Shown: piece by piece, positions 47,250-57,300 of the stretch
How the letters are laid out: each line of letters opens with the position of its first letter
Position numbering within the stretch: the stretch's first letter is position 1
Assembly (NCBI GenBank): GCA_966096095.1
Contig: CBHTUR010000018.1
Location: 20,271-84,270, forward strand
From: an uncultured Gemmatimonadaceae bacterium
GTDB taxonomy: Bacteria > Gemmatimonadota > Gemmatimonadetes > Gemmatimonadales > Gemmatimonadaceae
DNA: 64,000 nt
Direction of reading: 5' to 3'
Made by a program: the position numbers and the translations under genes
Notes under the pieces: generated by a model
The model's input: the letters and a program-made list of their open reading frames with translations, nothing else
Told to the model about the DNA's origin: nothing
Databases searched by the model: none

Positions 47250-48502
47250 TACTCGTACCTCAGGGCTTCGACAGGATCGAGTCGCGCCGCACGCGACGCC
47301 GGAAGCAATCCAAACAGAATGCCGGTGACCGCACTCGCGCCGAGCGCCACGACAACGGCGGTGGGCGGTATGCTCGCCTCGATCGGCGAGAACGAGCGAA
47401 TCGCGAGTGCCGCGAGCCACCCGATAAAGAGCCCGATCGCTCCACCGATGCCGGTGAGCGTTGCGGCCTCAACGAGAAACTGCCAGAGAATCGTTGCGCG
47501 TGTGGCGCCGAGCGCTTTGCGCACGCCAATCTCTCGGGTGCGCTCCGTAACGGAGATCATCATGATGGCGACTACGCCAACGCCGCCGACGATGAGACCC
47601 ACGCCGGAAAGCGCGATCATCACGAGGAAGAACATGCCGAAGACTTTGTTGTACGTCTCGAACAGTTTGTCTTGCGTAATGATCGCAAACGACGACTCTT
47701 CGCCGGGGCGCAATCCGCGCTGACCGCGCATTGTTGCCGTCACGTCGTCGAGCACTTGATCGCGCGTGTATTCCGCGCGCGGCTTCACAGCCAGCGCTAT
47801 GCCGCCGGGGCGCGCACCGAGGTAGCGCGTGAGCGCCTGCACGGGAACGACCGCTTTCGGACGCTCGCCGCCGCTCAGAAAACTGGCGTTGTCCTTGTAT
47901 ACGCCTATGACTTCGAAGGGCACGCCATTGAACGTGACCGTTTTGCCGATCGGATCGAGTTCACCGAGCAGGCGCTCCGCCATGAGCGTTGACAAGACGG
48001 CGACACGGGCACCTGTGCGCGCTTCGGCCGCGGTGAAGGCCCGTCCTGGAAACACGTCGGGCGCGCTGATGGACGGCCATTCTGCCGAGTAGCCTTCGAG
48101 CGGCGCCGCCGAGAGTGAGCGATCACGGAATTTCGCGGCCACGTTCCAATCGAGCCGCTCGCCAACGAACTCCACGCTGCTCAGGCGGCGTAGCGCATCG
48201 ATTTCGCTTGGTCGGATGGGCGGATTGCGCAGCCACACGCAGGTGCCGTCGGATCCGTCGCAGTTCTCAAACGAAATGGGATAGCGCACAACGAAGAACG
48301 TGTTGGGGCCCGTGGCCGCAAAGTCCCGCGCAACGCTCTGGTTGATACCGTGAATGGCGGCCGAGATGGCGACGACCACGAATACGCCCACGGCGATGCC
48401 AAGAATCGTGAGGCCAGCGCGCACTTTGTTTGAGCGGCAGGCGTCGATGGCAATACGAACCCCTTCCGCGATATTCGAGAGCCGTAAGGAAAGTTGACTC
48501 AT
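47249..48502 (-). CDS. MacB/FtsX-family ABC permease P2 (B-type)
   Basis: NKVRAGLTILGIAVGVFVVV, CDGSDGTC, ends LDPVEALRYE. Confidence 0.92.
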   Translation of the reverse strand: MSQLSLRLSNIAEGVRIAIDACRSNKVRAGLTILGIAVGVFVVVAISAAIHGINQSVARDFAATGPNTFFVVRYPISFENCDGSDGTCVWLRNPPIRPSEIDALRRLSSVEFVGERLDWNVAAKFRDRSLSAAPLEGYSAEWPSISAPDVFPGRAFTAAEARTGARVAVLSTLMAERLLGELDPIGKTVTFNGVPFEVIGVYKDNASFLSGGERPKAVVPVQALTRYLGARPGGIALAVKPRAEYTRDQVLDDVTATMRGQRGLRPGEESSFAIITQDKLFETYNKVFGMFFLVMIALSGVGLIVGGVGVVAIMMISVTERTREIGVRKALGATRATILWQFLVEAATLTGIGGAIGLFIGWLAALAIRSFSPIEASIPPTAVVVALGASAVTGILFGLLPASRAARLDPVEALRYE

Positions 48503-48505
48503 CGT

Positions 48506-49753
48506 CTATTCCTGTCGCAGCGCGGCGATCGGATCGAGTCGCGACGCACGACTGGCGGGATATACGCCCGAGATGATGCCCACCCCCGCCCCGAGGCCGA
48601 CGCCGACAATGATCGACCATGGCGCGACGCTTGCTGGCAGTGGCGTGGTGGCGGAAATGATTTTCGCCAACGCGATGCCGAGCGCGACACCAATCGCGGA
48701 ACCGACGGTGCCGAGCGTTGACGCTTCGATCAGGAATTGCGAGAGGATATCGAACCGACGCGCGCCAAGCGCTTTGCGAATGCCGATCTCGCGCGTGCGT
48801 TCGGCGACAGCAACGAGCATGATGTTCATGATGACGATCGCGCCCACCACGAGTCCAATGGCGGGCAGGGCAATGCCAGCCAGCACGAGGTAGCGCTTGA
48901 TCTTGTTCCAGAATTCCAGCGCCGAGTCGGCTGTCTGCAACGCGAAATCATCTTTCTGACCCGGACGCAACCGATGGACGCCGCGCATGGTCGCGCGCAC
49001 GATCTCCATTGTTTCCTTCATCGCCGGATCGGAGGGCGCTTGAATCGCGATGGCATCGACAATGTTCGGTCGCGAGTTCAGCAGACGGCGCGCAGGCGAC
49101 CGCCACGACGTGACCATGAAATTGTCGAACGAGATGCCGAAGGCTTTGCCCTGCGATTCTGCGATGCCGACGATCTTGTACGGCACGCCGCCCATCTTCA
49201 CGTCACGACCGATCGGATCGAGCCCGGGATAGAGCCGCTCGGCGGCGTCGGGACCGATAACGACCGACTTCTCGCCGCGCGCGAGCTCCTGTTCTGACAG
49301 TGCGCGACCGCTGCTGACACCGAGTTTCTTCACGTTGAAGTAGTCGCCGTCGACAGCGAATACCTGCACGCGGCGCGGTTTCGCGCTCACGGTTGAAGTG
49401 ACGGGCACCTGATCTTCGCTGATCAGGTACCAACGCACGTCGCCGGGCAGGTCGTGCACGACTGGCGCGACATCGGAAATTTCGAGGCGCGGACGCCGAC
49501 GGTATTCTTCCCAGGTCGCGTCATCCACGTCGCCGATGTTGATGTTCGGACGACTGCGAAGTTCGAAGGTGTTCACGCCGATCAGCTTGCCCACCAGGTC
49601 GTCCTGCATGTAGCGACCCATCCCTTCGACGATCGACACGACCGAGATCAGGAACATGACGCCAATGCAGACGCCCAAGAGCGTGAAGGCGCTCTTGAGC
49701 TTTTGGACGCGAATGGTGTTGAGAGCGAGGCGAATCGCTTCGAACAGTTGCAT
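48506..49753 (-). CDS. MacB/FtsX-family ABC permease P1 (A-type)
   Basis: RVQKLKSAFTLLGV, GAIVIMNIMLVAVAERTREIG, ends LDPIAALRQE. Confidence 0.92.
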   Translation of the reverse strand: MQLFEAIRLALNTIRVQKLKSAFTLLGVCIGVMFLISVVSIVEGMGRYMQDDLVGKLIGVNTFELRSRPNINIGDVDDATWEEYRRRPRLEISDVAPVVHDLPGDVRWYLISEDQVPVTSTVSAKPRRVQVFAVDGDYFNVKKLGVSSGRALSEQELARGEKSVVIGPDAAERLYPGLDPIGRDVKMGGVPYKIVGIAESQGKAFGISFDNFMVTSWRSPARRLLNSRPNIVDAIAIQAPSDPAMKETMEIVRATMRGVHRLRPGQKDDFALQTADSALEFWNKIKRYLVLAGIALPAIGLVVGAIVIMNIMLVAVAERTREIGIRKALGARRFDILSQFLIEASTLGTVGSAIGVALGIALAKIISATTPLPASVAPWSIIVGVGLGAGVGIISGVYPASRASRLDPIAALRQE

Positions 49754-49772
49754 CGGGGGCGCCTCTAACGCG

Positions 49773-49806
49773 GAAGGGGAACGTACCAGACGGTACGTTC
49801 CCCTTC
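49773..49806 (-). other. Perfect 15-bp intercistronic hairpin between the ATPase gene and the permease array
   Basis: GAAGGGGAACGTACC-agac-GGTACGTTCCCCTTC; no U-tract follows on the minus strand. Confidence 0.8.
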
Positions 49807-49843
49807 GCGAAGAGTTTCGCGGATCGCTCGCCGGGCGCGCGGT

Positions 49844-50650
49844 TTAGTGCACGCGCTCCGTGTGGATCTTGGCCGCGTATTGATCGCGCGACTCATCGCT
49901 CGAAATGACGCCGTCGCGTAGCACAATGACACGCCGGGCATGCACGGCGATGTCCGGTTCGTGCGTAACCATGACGACCGTCTGCCCCTGCGATGCGAGC
50001 TCCTCGAACACCCGCATGATTTCCTCGGAGGTGTGCGAATCGAGGTTACCAGTGGGTTCGTCGGCGAGCAGAATCGAGGGCTTGTTCACCAACGCCCGGG
50101 CGATCGCGACGCGCTGACGCTGACCGCCCGAGAGCTCGTTGGGACGGTGCCCCATACGTGCGCCTAGCTGCACGCGTTCGAGCGCTTCCGTAGCGCGACG
50201 CTTCCGTTCGTCGGCCGAAACGCCCGCGTACACGAGCGGCAGTTCGACGTTTTGCAGTGCCGAGGCGCGCGGCAACAGGTTGAACGTCTGAAAGACGAAT
50301 CCGATTTCCTTGTTGCGCACGCGCGCCAGCTGGTCGTCGGACATGGCCGAGACGAGCATGCCATTGAGCCAGTATTCGCCTTCGTTCGGCGTGTCGAGGC
50401 AACCGATGGTGTTCATCAGCGTCGACTTACCGGAGCCGGAGGGACCCATGATGGCTACGTACTCGTTCCGACGAATGGCCAGATCGACGCCGCGGAGCGC
50501 GCGGACGATTTCACCACCCATGTCGTACTGACGCTTGAGCTGACGGGTCACGATGACCCAGTCCTTATCAGGCGCCGCGCCGTTGGTGGTGGTGACTACC
50601 CGGCGTTCGCCGGTCGTGCTCAGGCCAATGTCGTCAAGCGTATCGGTCAC
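49844..50650 (-). CDS. ABC transporter ATP-binding protein (MacB/LolD-type)
   Basis: [46 protein letters not shown]. Confidence 0.96.
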   Translation of the reverse strand: MTDTLDDIGLSTTGERRVVTTTNGAAPDKDWVIVTRQLKRQYDMGGEIVRALRGVDLAIRRNEYVAIMGPSGSGKSTLMNTIGCLDTPNEGEYWLNGMLVSAMSDDQLARVRNKEIGFVFQTFNLLPRASALQNVELPLVYAGVSADERKRRATEALERVQLGARMGHRPNELSGGQRQRVAIARALVNKPSILLADEPTGNLDSHTSEEIMRVFEELASQGQTVVMVTHEPDIAVHARRVIVLRDGVISSDESRDQYAAKIHTERVH

Positions 50651-51939
50651 GATTTCTTCCCGGTTGGCGGGGTCTTCTTGGTGTCTTCAGGCTTGGCGGT
50701 CTTGATCAGGGCCCCGTCTTTCAGCTCACGGATTGCCTGATACGTGCCCGCCACGATGGTCTCACCGGCCTTGAGCCCGTCGAGAACCTCGAAGTGGCGC
50801 TCGCCGGCAATACCAACTTTAACGGGGCGGAAGCTCACTTTGTTGTCCGTACCCACTACGAACACCCCTTCCACGTCGCGCTTGCCCACTTCTTTGGCCG
50901 GCTGTGACCGTCCGACGGTGACCGCCGTGTCGGCATTCGGCAGCTTCTCGTTCTCGCGGACCGTCAGCGCGATGATTGGAATCGAGAGGGCCTTGGTCCG
51001 GGTGGCCGTCACAACCTTGGCCGTCGCCGAGAAATCGGGGCGGGTTTCGCCCGGTGGATTGATGAGCCGGACCTTGACCTCGTAGTCGATGGCCTGGTCG
51101 CCCGTGTTGGAGCTCGCCGTCTTGGTGACGGAGCTGTTCGAAATCTCGACCACCTTGCCGATGAAGGTCGTGTCGGGGAAAGCGTCGATCTGGATCACGG
51201 CCGAATCGCCCACGCTGATGCGGGCCACGTCGGTCTCGTCAACCTTCACTTTCGTTTCAAGCACGCTCATGTCGCTGATGGTTAGCAGCGTCGCGGCGTC
51301 CTTGTTGAGGGTTCCCATGATGGCCGTTTCGCCCTCTTCGACATTGAGTCGCGTGACTTTGCCGCTCATCGGCGCGATGATCGTGGTGCGGCTCAACGCC
51401 TGCTTGGCATCGCGCACTGAAGCCTGCGCCTGCTCCACGTTGTAGTTGGCCGCCTCGAGGAGCGACTTGTTGACTTCGGCCTGCGTCTTCAGCTGCTCAA
51501 GCTGTTCGTCACTCACGAGCGCCGGCGACTGCGTTTTGATGTTCATGGTGCGCTCGTACGTCTTTTGCGCCTGCAACACGTTTGCGCGTGCCTGTGCCGC
51601 CTGCGCCTTGCTCGACGAGAGCTGCGCTTCGGCGCGCTGCAAGGCGGCCGTCACTTGCTCCGGATCGATCTGCAGGAGGAACTGACCCTTCTTCACCATG
51701 TCGCCTTCTTTCACGGCCAGCTTGACGATCTTGCCGGTGACGTCGGCCGACACGTTGACCTTGGTGCGCGGCTGGATCTGACCGCTGGCGGTCACCGATG
51801 CCACGAGATCGCGCGCTTCAACCTTTTCGGTTCGAACTTCGACCGGCTTGGTTTGGTTCTTGTTGATGCTGACGTATGTAAGGCCGCCGATCGCCGCAAT
51901 GGCGCCGACGCCGAGAAGAACCTTGACGGTTTTGGTCAT
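50647..51939 (-). CDS. MacA-like periplasmic adaptor (membrane fusion protein)
   Basis: N-terminal TM anchor, ASGQIQP, V.EGD.VKKGQ.L..ID, alpha-hairpin, [18 protein letters not shown]. Confidence 0.93.
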   Translation of the reverse strand: MTKTVKVLLGVGAIAAIGGLTYVSINKNQTKPVEVRTEKVEARDLVASVTASGQIQPRTKVNVSADVTGKIVKLAVKEGDMVKKGQFLLQIDPEQVTAALQRAEAQLSSSKAQAAQARANVLQAQKTYERTMNIKTQSPALVSDEQLEQLKTQAEVNKSLLEAANYNVEQAQASVRDAKQALSRTTIIAPMSGKVTRLNVEEGETAIMGTLNKDAATLLTISDMSVLETKVKVDETDVARISVGDSAVIQIDAFPDTTFIGKVVEISNSSVTKTASSNTGDQAIDYEVKVRLINPPGETRPDFSATAKVVTATRTKALSIPIIALTVRENEKLPNADTAVTVGRSQPAKEVGKRDVEGVFVVGTDNKVSFRPVKVGIAGERHFEVLDGLKAGETIVAGTYQAIRELKDGALIKTAKPEDTKKTPPTGKKS

Positions 51940-51951
51940 GAACGAATCCGG

Positions 51952-53445
51952 TTAACGAAGGGGACGGCCGACTGCGGCCTCGAGGGCCGTAAACGCCCGT
52001 TGCACGTCATATACAGCATTGATGCGATCCGATTCGGCGCGTTCAAAATCGCCCCGCGCCTGTTGCAGATCGACGATACTGGCCTGGCCCACGCGATAGC
52101 GTTCCTGCGCCAACGCAAGCGCCGAGCGCGCCGAGGCCACGTTCTGCTCCTGCAGTGCGACCGTCTGTTGGGCCGTTGTCAGTGACAAGAAGGCGGCTTG
52201 CACATCGGCCGTGACGCGCAGCTCCTGCGCGCGCAGATCGTTCTGCGTGTTCTTGCGCTGCACCTGCGCCTGCTCAATCTGCTGTTCGCGGCGGAACCCG
52301 TTGAAGATCGGCAGCGAGAAGGTGGCGGAGATGTTGTACGGGTTGCGCGTGAAGTCGAACGGATACTTGCCTTGACCGTCGCGAATGGCCTGTTCTTGCG
52401 CCGACGAGAAGGCGATGCTGTTGCACTGCGACAGCGTATTTGTAAGACCCAGGGCCGCGCGCACTTCCTGCGACGCGATGCAGCTGGCCTTGCCCGACGC
52501 GGTGCTGGCTTTGCCCTGCTCGATGAGCAGGTCGGTGTTGGTGTAGCGGTTGGTGAAGCCAGAGAGTCCGGCGCTTAAGGAGAACGACGGGTAGTAGCTG
52601 GCCTTGGCCGAGGCGATGTTGCGCACGCTGACTTCTTCACGCGCGCGCAGGGCTTCGATCTGCGGGTTCGATTTCTTCGCCATATCGAGAATGGCAGCCA
52701 TCTCGAGTGTTGGCGCGGCGGGGAGACTCGGATCGAGGCGTGCGCCCGTCACGGGAGGCACGCCGATTTGCTGAAAGAGGCGAATGATTTCAATCGCCGC
52801 CTGATTCCGCTGATTGATGGCCGCGACGCGCTGCTGACCGTCAGCCACCTCGGCGCGCTGAACGTCGAGTTGCGTTCCTGATCCGACCTGCAGGCGAGCG
52901 CGTGCGAGCTGCAATTGCACGGTAGTCGTAGCGACCAGCGAATCTTGCAGCGCGGCGCGGGTCTGCGCCTGCAGCGCCGTCAGATACTGCGTCGTGACCG
53001 CATTCCGAACGTTCTGCTCGGACGCTGCGATATCCGCTTCGGTTGCTTCCGCAGACGCGTGCGCGGCGCGGCGATCATTGAGCGTGGCGAACGACAGATT
53101 CAGCGACGCATTCGCGTTGATATCGGTCGACAGCTGATCGTTGGTCGAGCCGAAAGCCTGACCTTGGAAGAACGTCTGGCGTCCTTCGCGATAACCGGTA
53201 CCGAAGCTGGTATTGACGCTGGGCAGGAGCGCGCCGTTGGCCGCCCGAACCTGGGCCGCTGCCGTTCGACGGGCATTCAACGCCGACTGATAGGTGGGGT
53301 TGTTGCGGCGTGCGAGTGCGATGGCATCCGTCAGCGAAATGACGCCACCAGCGGCGGGCGCGGCGGGCGCCTGCGCGTGCAGTGGAGCGGAAGCCAGCAA
53401 GCCGGCTATCAGAGAGGCCCGGATTGCAGAACGGGGGATGCGCAT
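51952..53445 (-). CDS. TolC-family outer membrane factor
   Basis: Signal peptide ending LHA-Q, ISLTDAIALARRNNP, ASYYPSFSL, FSLPIFNG, ERYRVG; ATG 53445 chosen as start. Confidence 0.92.
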   Translation of the reverse strand: MRIPRSAIRASLIAGLLASAPLHAQAPAAPAAGGVISLTDAIALARRNNPTYQSALNARRTAAAQVRAANGALLPSVNTSFGTGYREGRQTFFQGQAFGSTNDQLSTDINANASLNLSFATLNDRRAAHASAEATEADIAASEQNVRNAVTTQYLTALQAQTRAALQDSLVATTTVQLQLARARLQVGSGTQLDVQRAEVADGQQRVAAINQRNQAAIEIIRLFQQIGVPPVTGARLDPSLPAAPTLEMAAILDMAKKSNPQIEALRAREEVSVRNIASAKASYYPSFSLSAGLSGFTNRYTNTDLLIEQGKASTASGKASCIASQEVRAALGLTNTLSQCNSIAFSSAQEQAIRDGQGKYPFDFTRNPYNISATFSLPIFNGFRREQQIEQAQVQRKNTQNDLRAQELRVTADVQAAFLSLTTAQQTVALQEQNVASARSALALAQERYRVGQASIVDLQQARGDFERAESDRINAVYDVQRAFTALEAAVGRPLR

Positions 53446-53553
53446 GACAAAAAGGGCGAAGGGGAGTTCGTAGACGGGGGGTCGTACGATCACATCAGCA
53501 GGGCGGTTTCAAACTCGGGAACTGCACGAGATCAGCGTGGGATCAGCGCCGGA

Positions 53554-54297
53554 TTAGCGCGGTACATCATCCCGCGTGGCGACATAGCCGCGCGCGGGGA
53601 TTGTGATGCGTAACAGTCGGCCTTCTGAGTCCGCCCAGATGAGCCGGGTTTCGTTGGCATCAGTCAGCAAATGCCAGCGTCGTGCAGCTCGTCTCGCGCC
53701 GGCCAAATCAACGGTATCGGCGACGCTCTCCAACACGACGCGAACCGCTCCTTGTCGATTGGCAATTGGCGTCAGCGATGGCACCCGGATGGTATCGCCG
53801 ATTGCGGGCAGCGGTCGTCGTACCACGAGGGCGTACTGCAGGATGCCGTCTTCCTCAATGACCAGCGCCCCCGGGGCGAGCAGGTATTCGCGCGCCGCCT
53901 CGCCGGTGGTGCTTCTCGATAGGGTCTGAAACCGGCCCCGAACGCGCTGGCCACCCAACCGGAGCGAGAATGCCGCGCCGGTGCGCTCTTCCACTGAATA
54001 CCGGACGGGCGTGCCCGCCGAGTCGGTGTCGAGGCGCACGGCGCTGCGCCGCTCGCCCAAGGCCGACTCCGCGCGTAGTTCGAAAGCCTCGCCATCGGCG
54101 CCGACCAGGCGCTGCAACGAGAACTGCTCCCGGCCGACCCGCGCGCCGTTGATGGCAATAGTGAAGCTGCCGACGTCGAGGCGCGCTGGTGGCGGTGGTT
54201 GCAAGACCATCGTCAGCGTACACGCGAGCGCCGCACCCGATGCGCGCGCGCGGTTCAAGACCGCAAGGCGGCCATGAGTGGGGCGGGTCCAGAACAT
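53554..54297 (-). CDS. Hypothetical beta-rich, probably exported protein
   Basis: Coherent ORF upstream of tolC with alternating polar/apolar strands (GSFTIAINGARVGREQF...RLIWADSEGRLLRITIP); start uncertain (54297 or 54210). Confidence 0.6.
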   Translation of the reverse strand: MFWTRPTHGRLAVLNRARASGAALACTLTMVLQPPPPARLDVGSFTIAINGARVGREQFSLQRLVGADGEAFELRAESALGERRSAVRLDTDSAGTPVRYSVEERTGAAFSLRLGGQRVRGRFQTLSRSTTGEAAREYLLAPGALVIEEDGILQYALVVRRPLPAIGDTIRVPSLTPIANRQGAVRVVLESVADTVDLAGARRAARRWHLLTDANETRLIWADSEGRLLRITIPARGYVATRDDVPR

Positions 54298-54364
54298 TCC
54301 TGAAAGATAGTCAGAATCAGCGAACCCTTCGCCTTCCGCCGTCTCGCGGGGTATTCTGGGGGCG

Positions 54365-57300
54365 ATGACGGAGCTTCCCGCCGGGTGGACCCCCGCCCAG
54401 ACCGATGAGCGACTTCCGCGAAGCACTCGTTGGCCTGTGCTATGGGTGGCGAGTGCGTCGATGGCGCTGCTGGCCATGGCGGCGTGGCAGCGACGCCCGG
54501 GATGGGTGGCGCTCGCTTTCGTGGCCGCGGGCACCCTTGGCTCGGTCGCCACCAATCGCTCAATTCGCGCGCCCCGTTGGATCGCCACAGGTGCCTCAGT
54601 GCTGTTGGCCATGGCGCTGACGCTGGCAGTGGGGGATACGCGCACGTTGGACACGGTCACGCGCGACTGGCGCGAATGGTCGTCTGCCGAGCGCGAGGCG
54701 CGTGCTACGCGCGTGGCGGCGAGCCTGACCTCGACGGCCAGTGCACTAACCGCCGCCGCCCAGCGCATCGCTCAGGACACAGCGCTGCTGTCGACGCTCG
54801 GCGCCGGCGTCCTCGACGCGACGACCGAAGCGTCGACGGCAACCGCGGTGCTCAGTCCACCGTTGGCCGGTCGGACGGAATCGGCAATTCTGGTGTTTCG
54901 TGGCTCGGCGCTGATGGCGCGCGCAGGGCAGTTACGCACCACGGTAGCGGCGCGCGGACAGCCAGGCATTCGCCTGGTCGATGAGCCGTTCTACTCCTCG
55001 CTCGAAGCGCGGGCGATTTCGCCGAATGGGGCCGATCAGGTTGTCACGGTCGCGCTGATCGCCGCGCGTCCGCCCGCCGATCATTTTGCCCGCGCACTGA
55101 TCGAGTCGACCGGACGAACCGATCTTTCCAGCACCATTGTCGAGTCGCCGGATTCGTCGCGTGTCGAAGAAGGCACGACGGTGATTGTCGTTCCGGACGG
55201 TCCGCGACGACTGGCGCGCGTACGCGCGCTTGCCCGTACCGATGGCGAGGCGCAACTGGAATTGCTGCAGCGCGCCCGTGCGCGCACGGCGGTACCCGTG
55301 GTGCTCGCGGCGTTGCTCGTGCTGGCTGTCAGCTGGCGGCGGCCGGCGCGCACTGTGCATCGCATGGCGGTGACGCTCGTTCTGTTGCTCGCGGTTGCCG
55401 TGGCGCCGCTGAGCGCACTCTCGAACGTGTCGCCGCTGTTCGATGCCTCGAGCTATTACGTTCGCATGGCCGGGCCACTCACGGCCAACGTTGCGGCGTT
55501 GTTGCTGACCGCAGCGCTCGGTCTGGCCATGCTGTTCCTGATTCTTCGAAGTGGCCGCGTCGTGCGCATCACGAGCGCCAAGGCATTGGCCTCGCTGATG
55601 GTGATCGTGAGCGCGACGCTCGGTCCGTTCGTGTTGCGCGATCTCTCGCGCGGCATCGCATTGCCGGCGGATGGCGTGAGCATTGAACTCTGGATCGCCT
55701 GGCAACTCGCGATTGCGCTGGCCGGCGCGTCGGTGCTGCACGTTGGCGCGGCCGCCGGGCAAACGATTCTCGGCGGTCGTCGCGGATTGCCAGGTGTGGC
55801 GGCGCCGTCGATGGCGATTGTCGCCGCGCTGCTGGCACCGAACCTCTGGCAGTCGCCGGGAGGATGGCCCGGTTGGTATCCGGTGCTTTGGGCGCTGGCG
55901 ATTCTCGCGCTGGCCTTCACTCGTCGAGGGGTGGCGCTGGTCACGGGGGCCGCGATCATTGCCGGCACTGGTGCGGTGACGTTGACCTGGGGCGCGACGG
56001 TGCGGGCGCGGATGAGCCTCGCGCAGCACGATTTGGCGCGACTCTCGGCCGTCGACGAAAATGCATATCGACTGCTTGAGCGCTTTGCGCTGACGATTGC
56101 CGGCGACCCGCGGGGCGTTGCACAGAGTGATGGACTGCTTCGGCGTTTCGCCGCGAGCGAGTTGGCGCAGGCCGGCTATCCGACGCGCATGGCACGCTGG
56201 GATTCTTTGCCGGCGCCAACACCCATGAGTGAGTTGCGACTGGCGCCGCTGACCGATTCGATCGGTGCGCAAAGCGTAATCGCGTCGATGGCGCGTGAAA
56301 GCGGCGCCGTGGAAATCCGCGCGGTCGAAGATGGGCCGACGACGGTGCTGATTGCGGCGATTCCGGCGCCCGATCATACCGTAACGACGGTGGCGGTTCC
56401 CCCACGCACGCGTTTGTTGCCGTCTGATCCGTTTGCGCTGCTGACTGGTCTCGCCGGAACGCGCGGCGGCGAGCCTCCGTATCGACTGACGTTGTCGGCG
56501 GCGACACCACTCGATTCCACGTCGCGTCCGCTGGTCTGGCGCCGTCGTGGCGACACCATGCATGGCGACGGTGTGGCGTCGGGCGGTCTCGAGTCTCGCC
56601 TGATCCACGTCGAAGTGGACCTGCGCAGTCTTGATGTACTCGCGCCGCGCGGGGCGCTTCTGGTGCTGCTCGATGTCGCCGTCGTTCTCGTGCTATGGGG
56701 CACGAGTGCGATGGCCGATGGAGCATTCGGCCGCTGGTTACGCGTGCGTCGGGCGCGACTGGCGCGATCGTATCGCGTGCGACTCAGCGCGGCTCTGCTT
56801 GCGTCGTTTCTTGCCCCGGCCGCGGTGTTCGCCGGATGGTCGTGGTATCGCTTGCAAGATGACGATCGTGCGTCGCGCGAACTGCTGGTGCGCGAAGCGC
56901 TCCGCACAGCGGCCAGCGATGTTGCTCGTCGCGATTTAGCGACCACGGCTTCGAGCGTCGGATCACCGCTCTTTCTCTATCGCTCGGGGCAGCTGCTCAC
57001 GGCGAGTGATACGTTGCTGTCATCGTTGGCACCGCTGGGTCGGCTCCTGCCGCTCACCAACGACGAAAGTGATTTCGCCAGCGACGATGTTTTCGCAACG
57101 CGACGCGTGCCGGTGGGTAACTCCCAAGCGCTGGTTGGCTTTCGTCGCGTTGCCGCGATCGCCGAGGGGTTAGTGGTCGTCACGCCGGCGCGCGGCGATG
57201 AATTTGCACTTGACGAACGACGGGCCGATCTCGGCGTGTTATTGCTGTTCACGGCGTCGCTGGGTGCATTGGCGGCGTTCTGGTTGAGCGGCGTCGCTGC

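Noticed and set aside
39717-49753. Permease array interpreted as an assembly artefact or pseudogene graveyard
   Set aside because: The copies are clearly diverged in sequence, all frames are open and full length, and the junctions keep RBS coupling.
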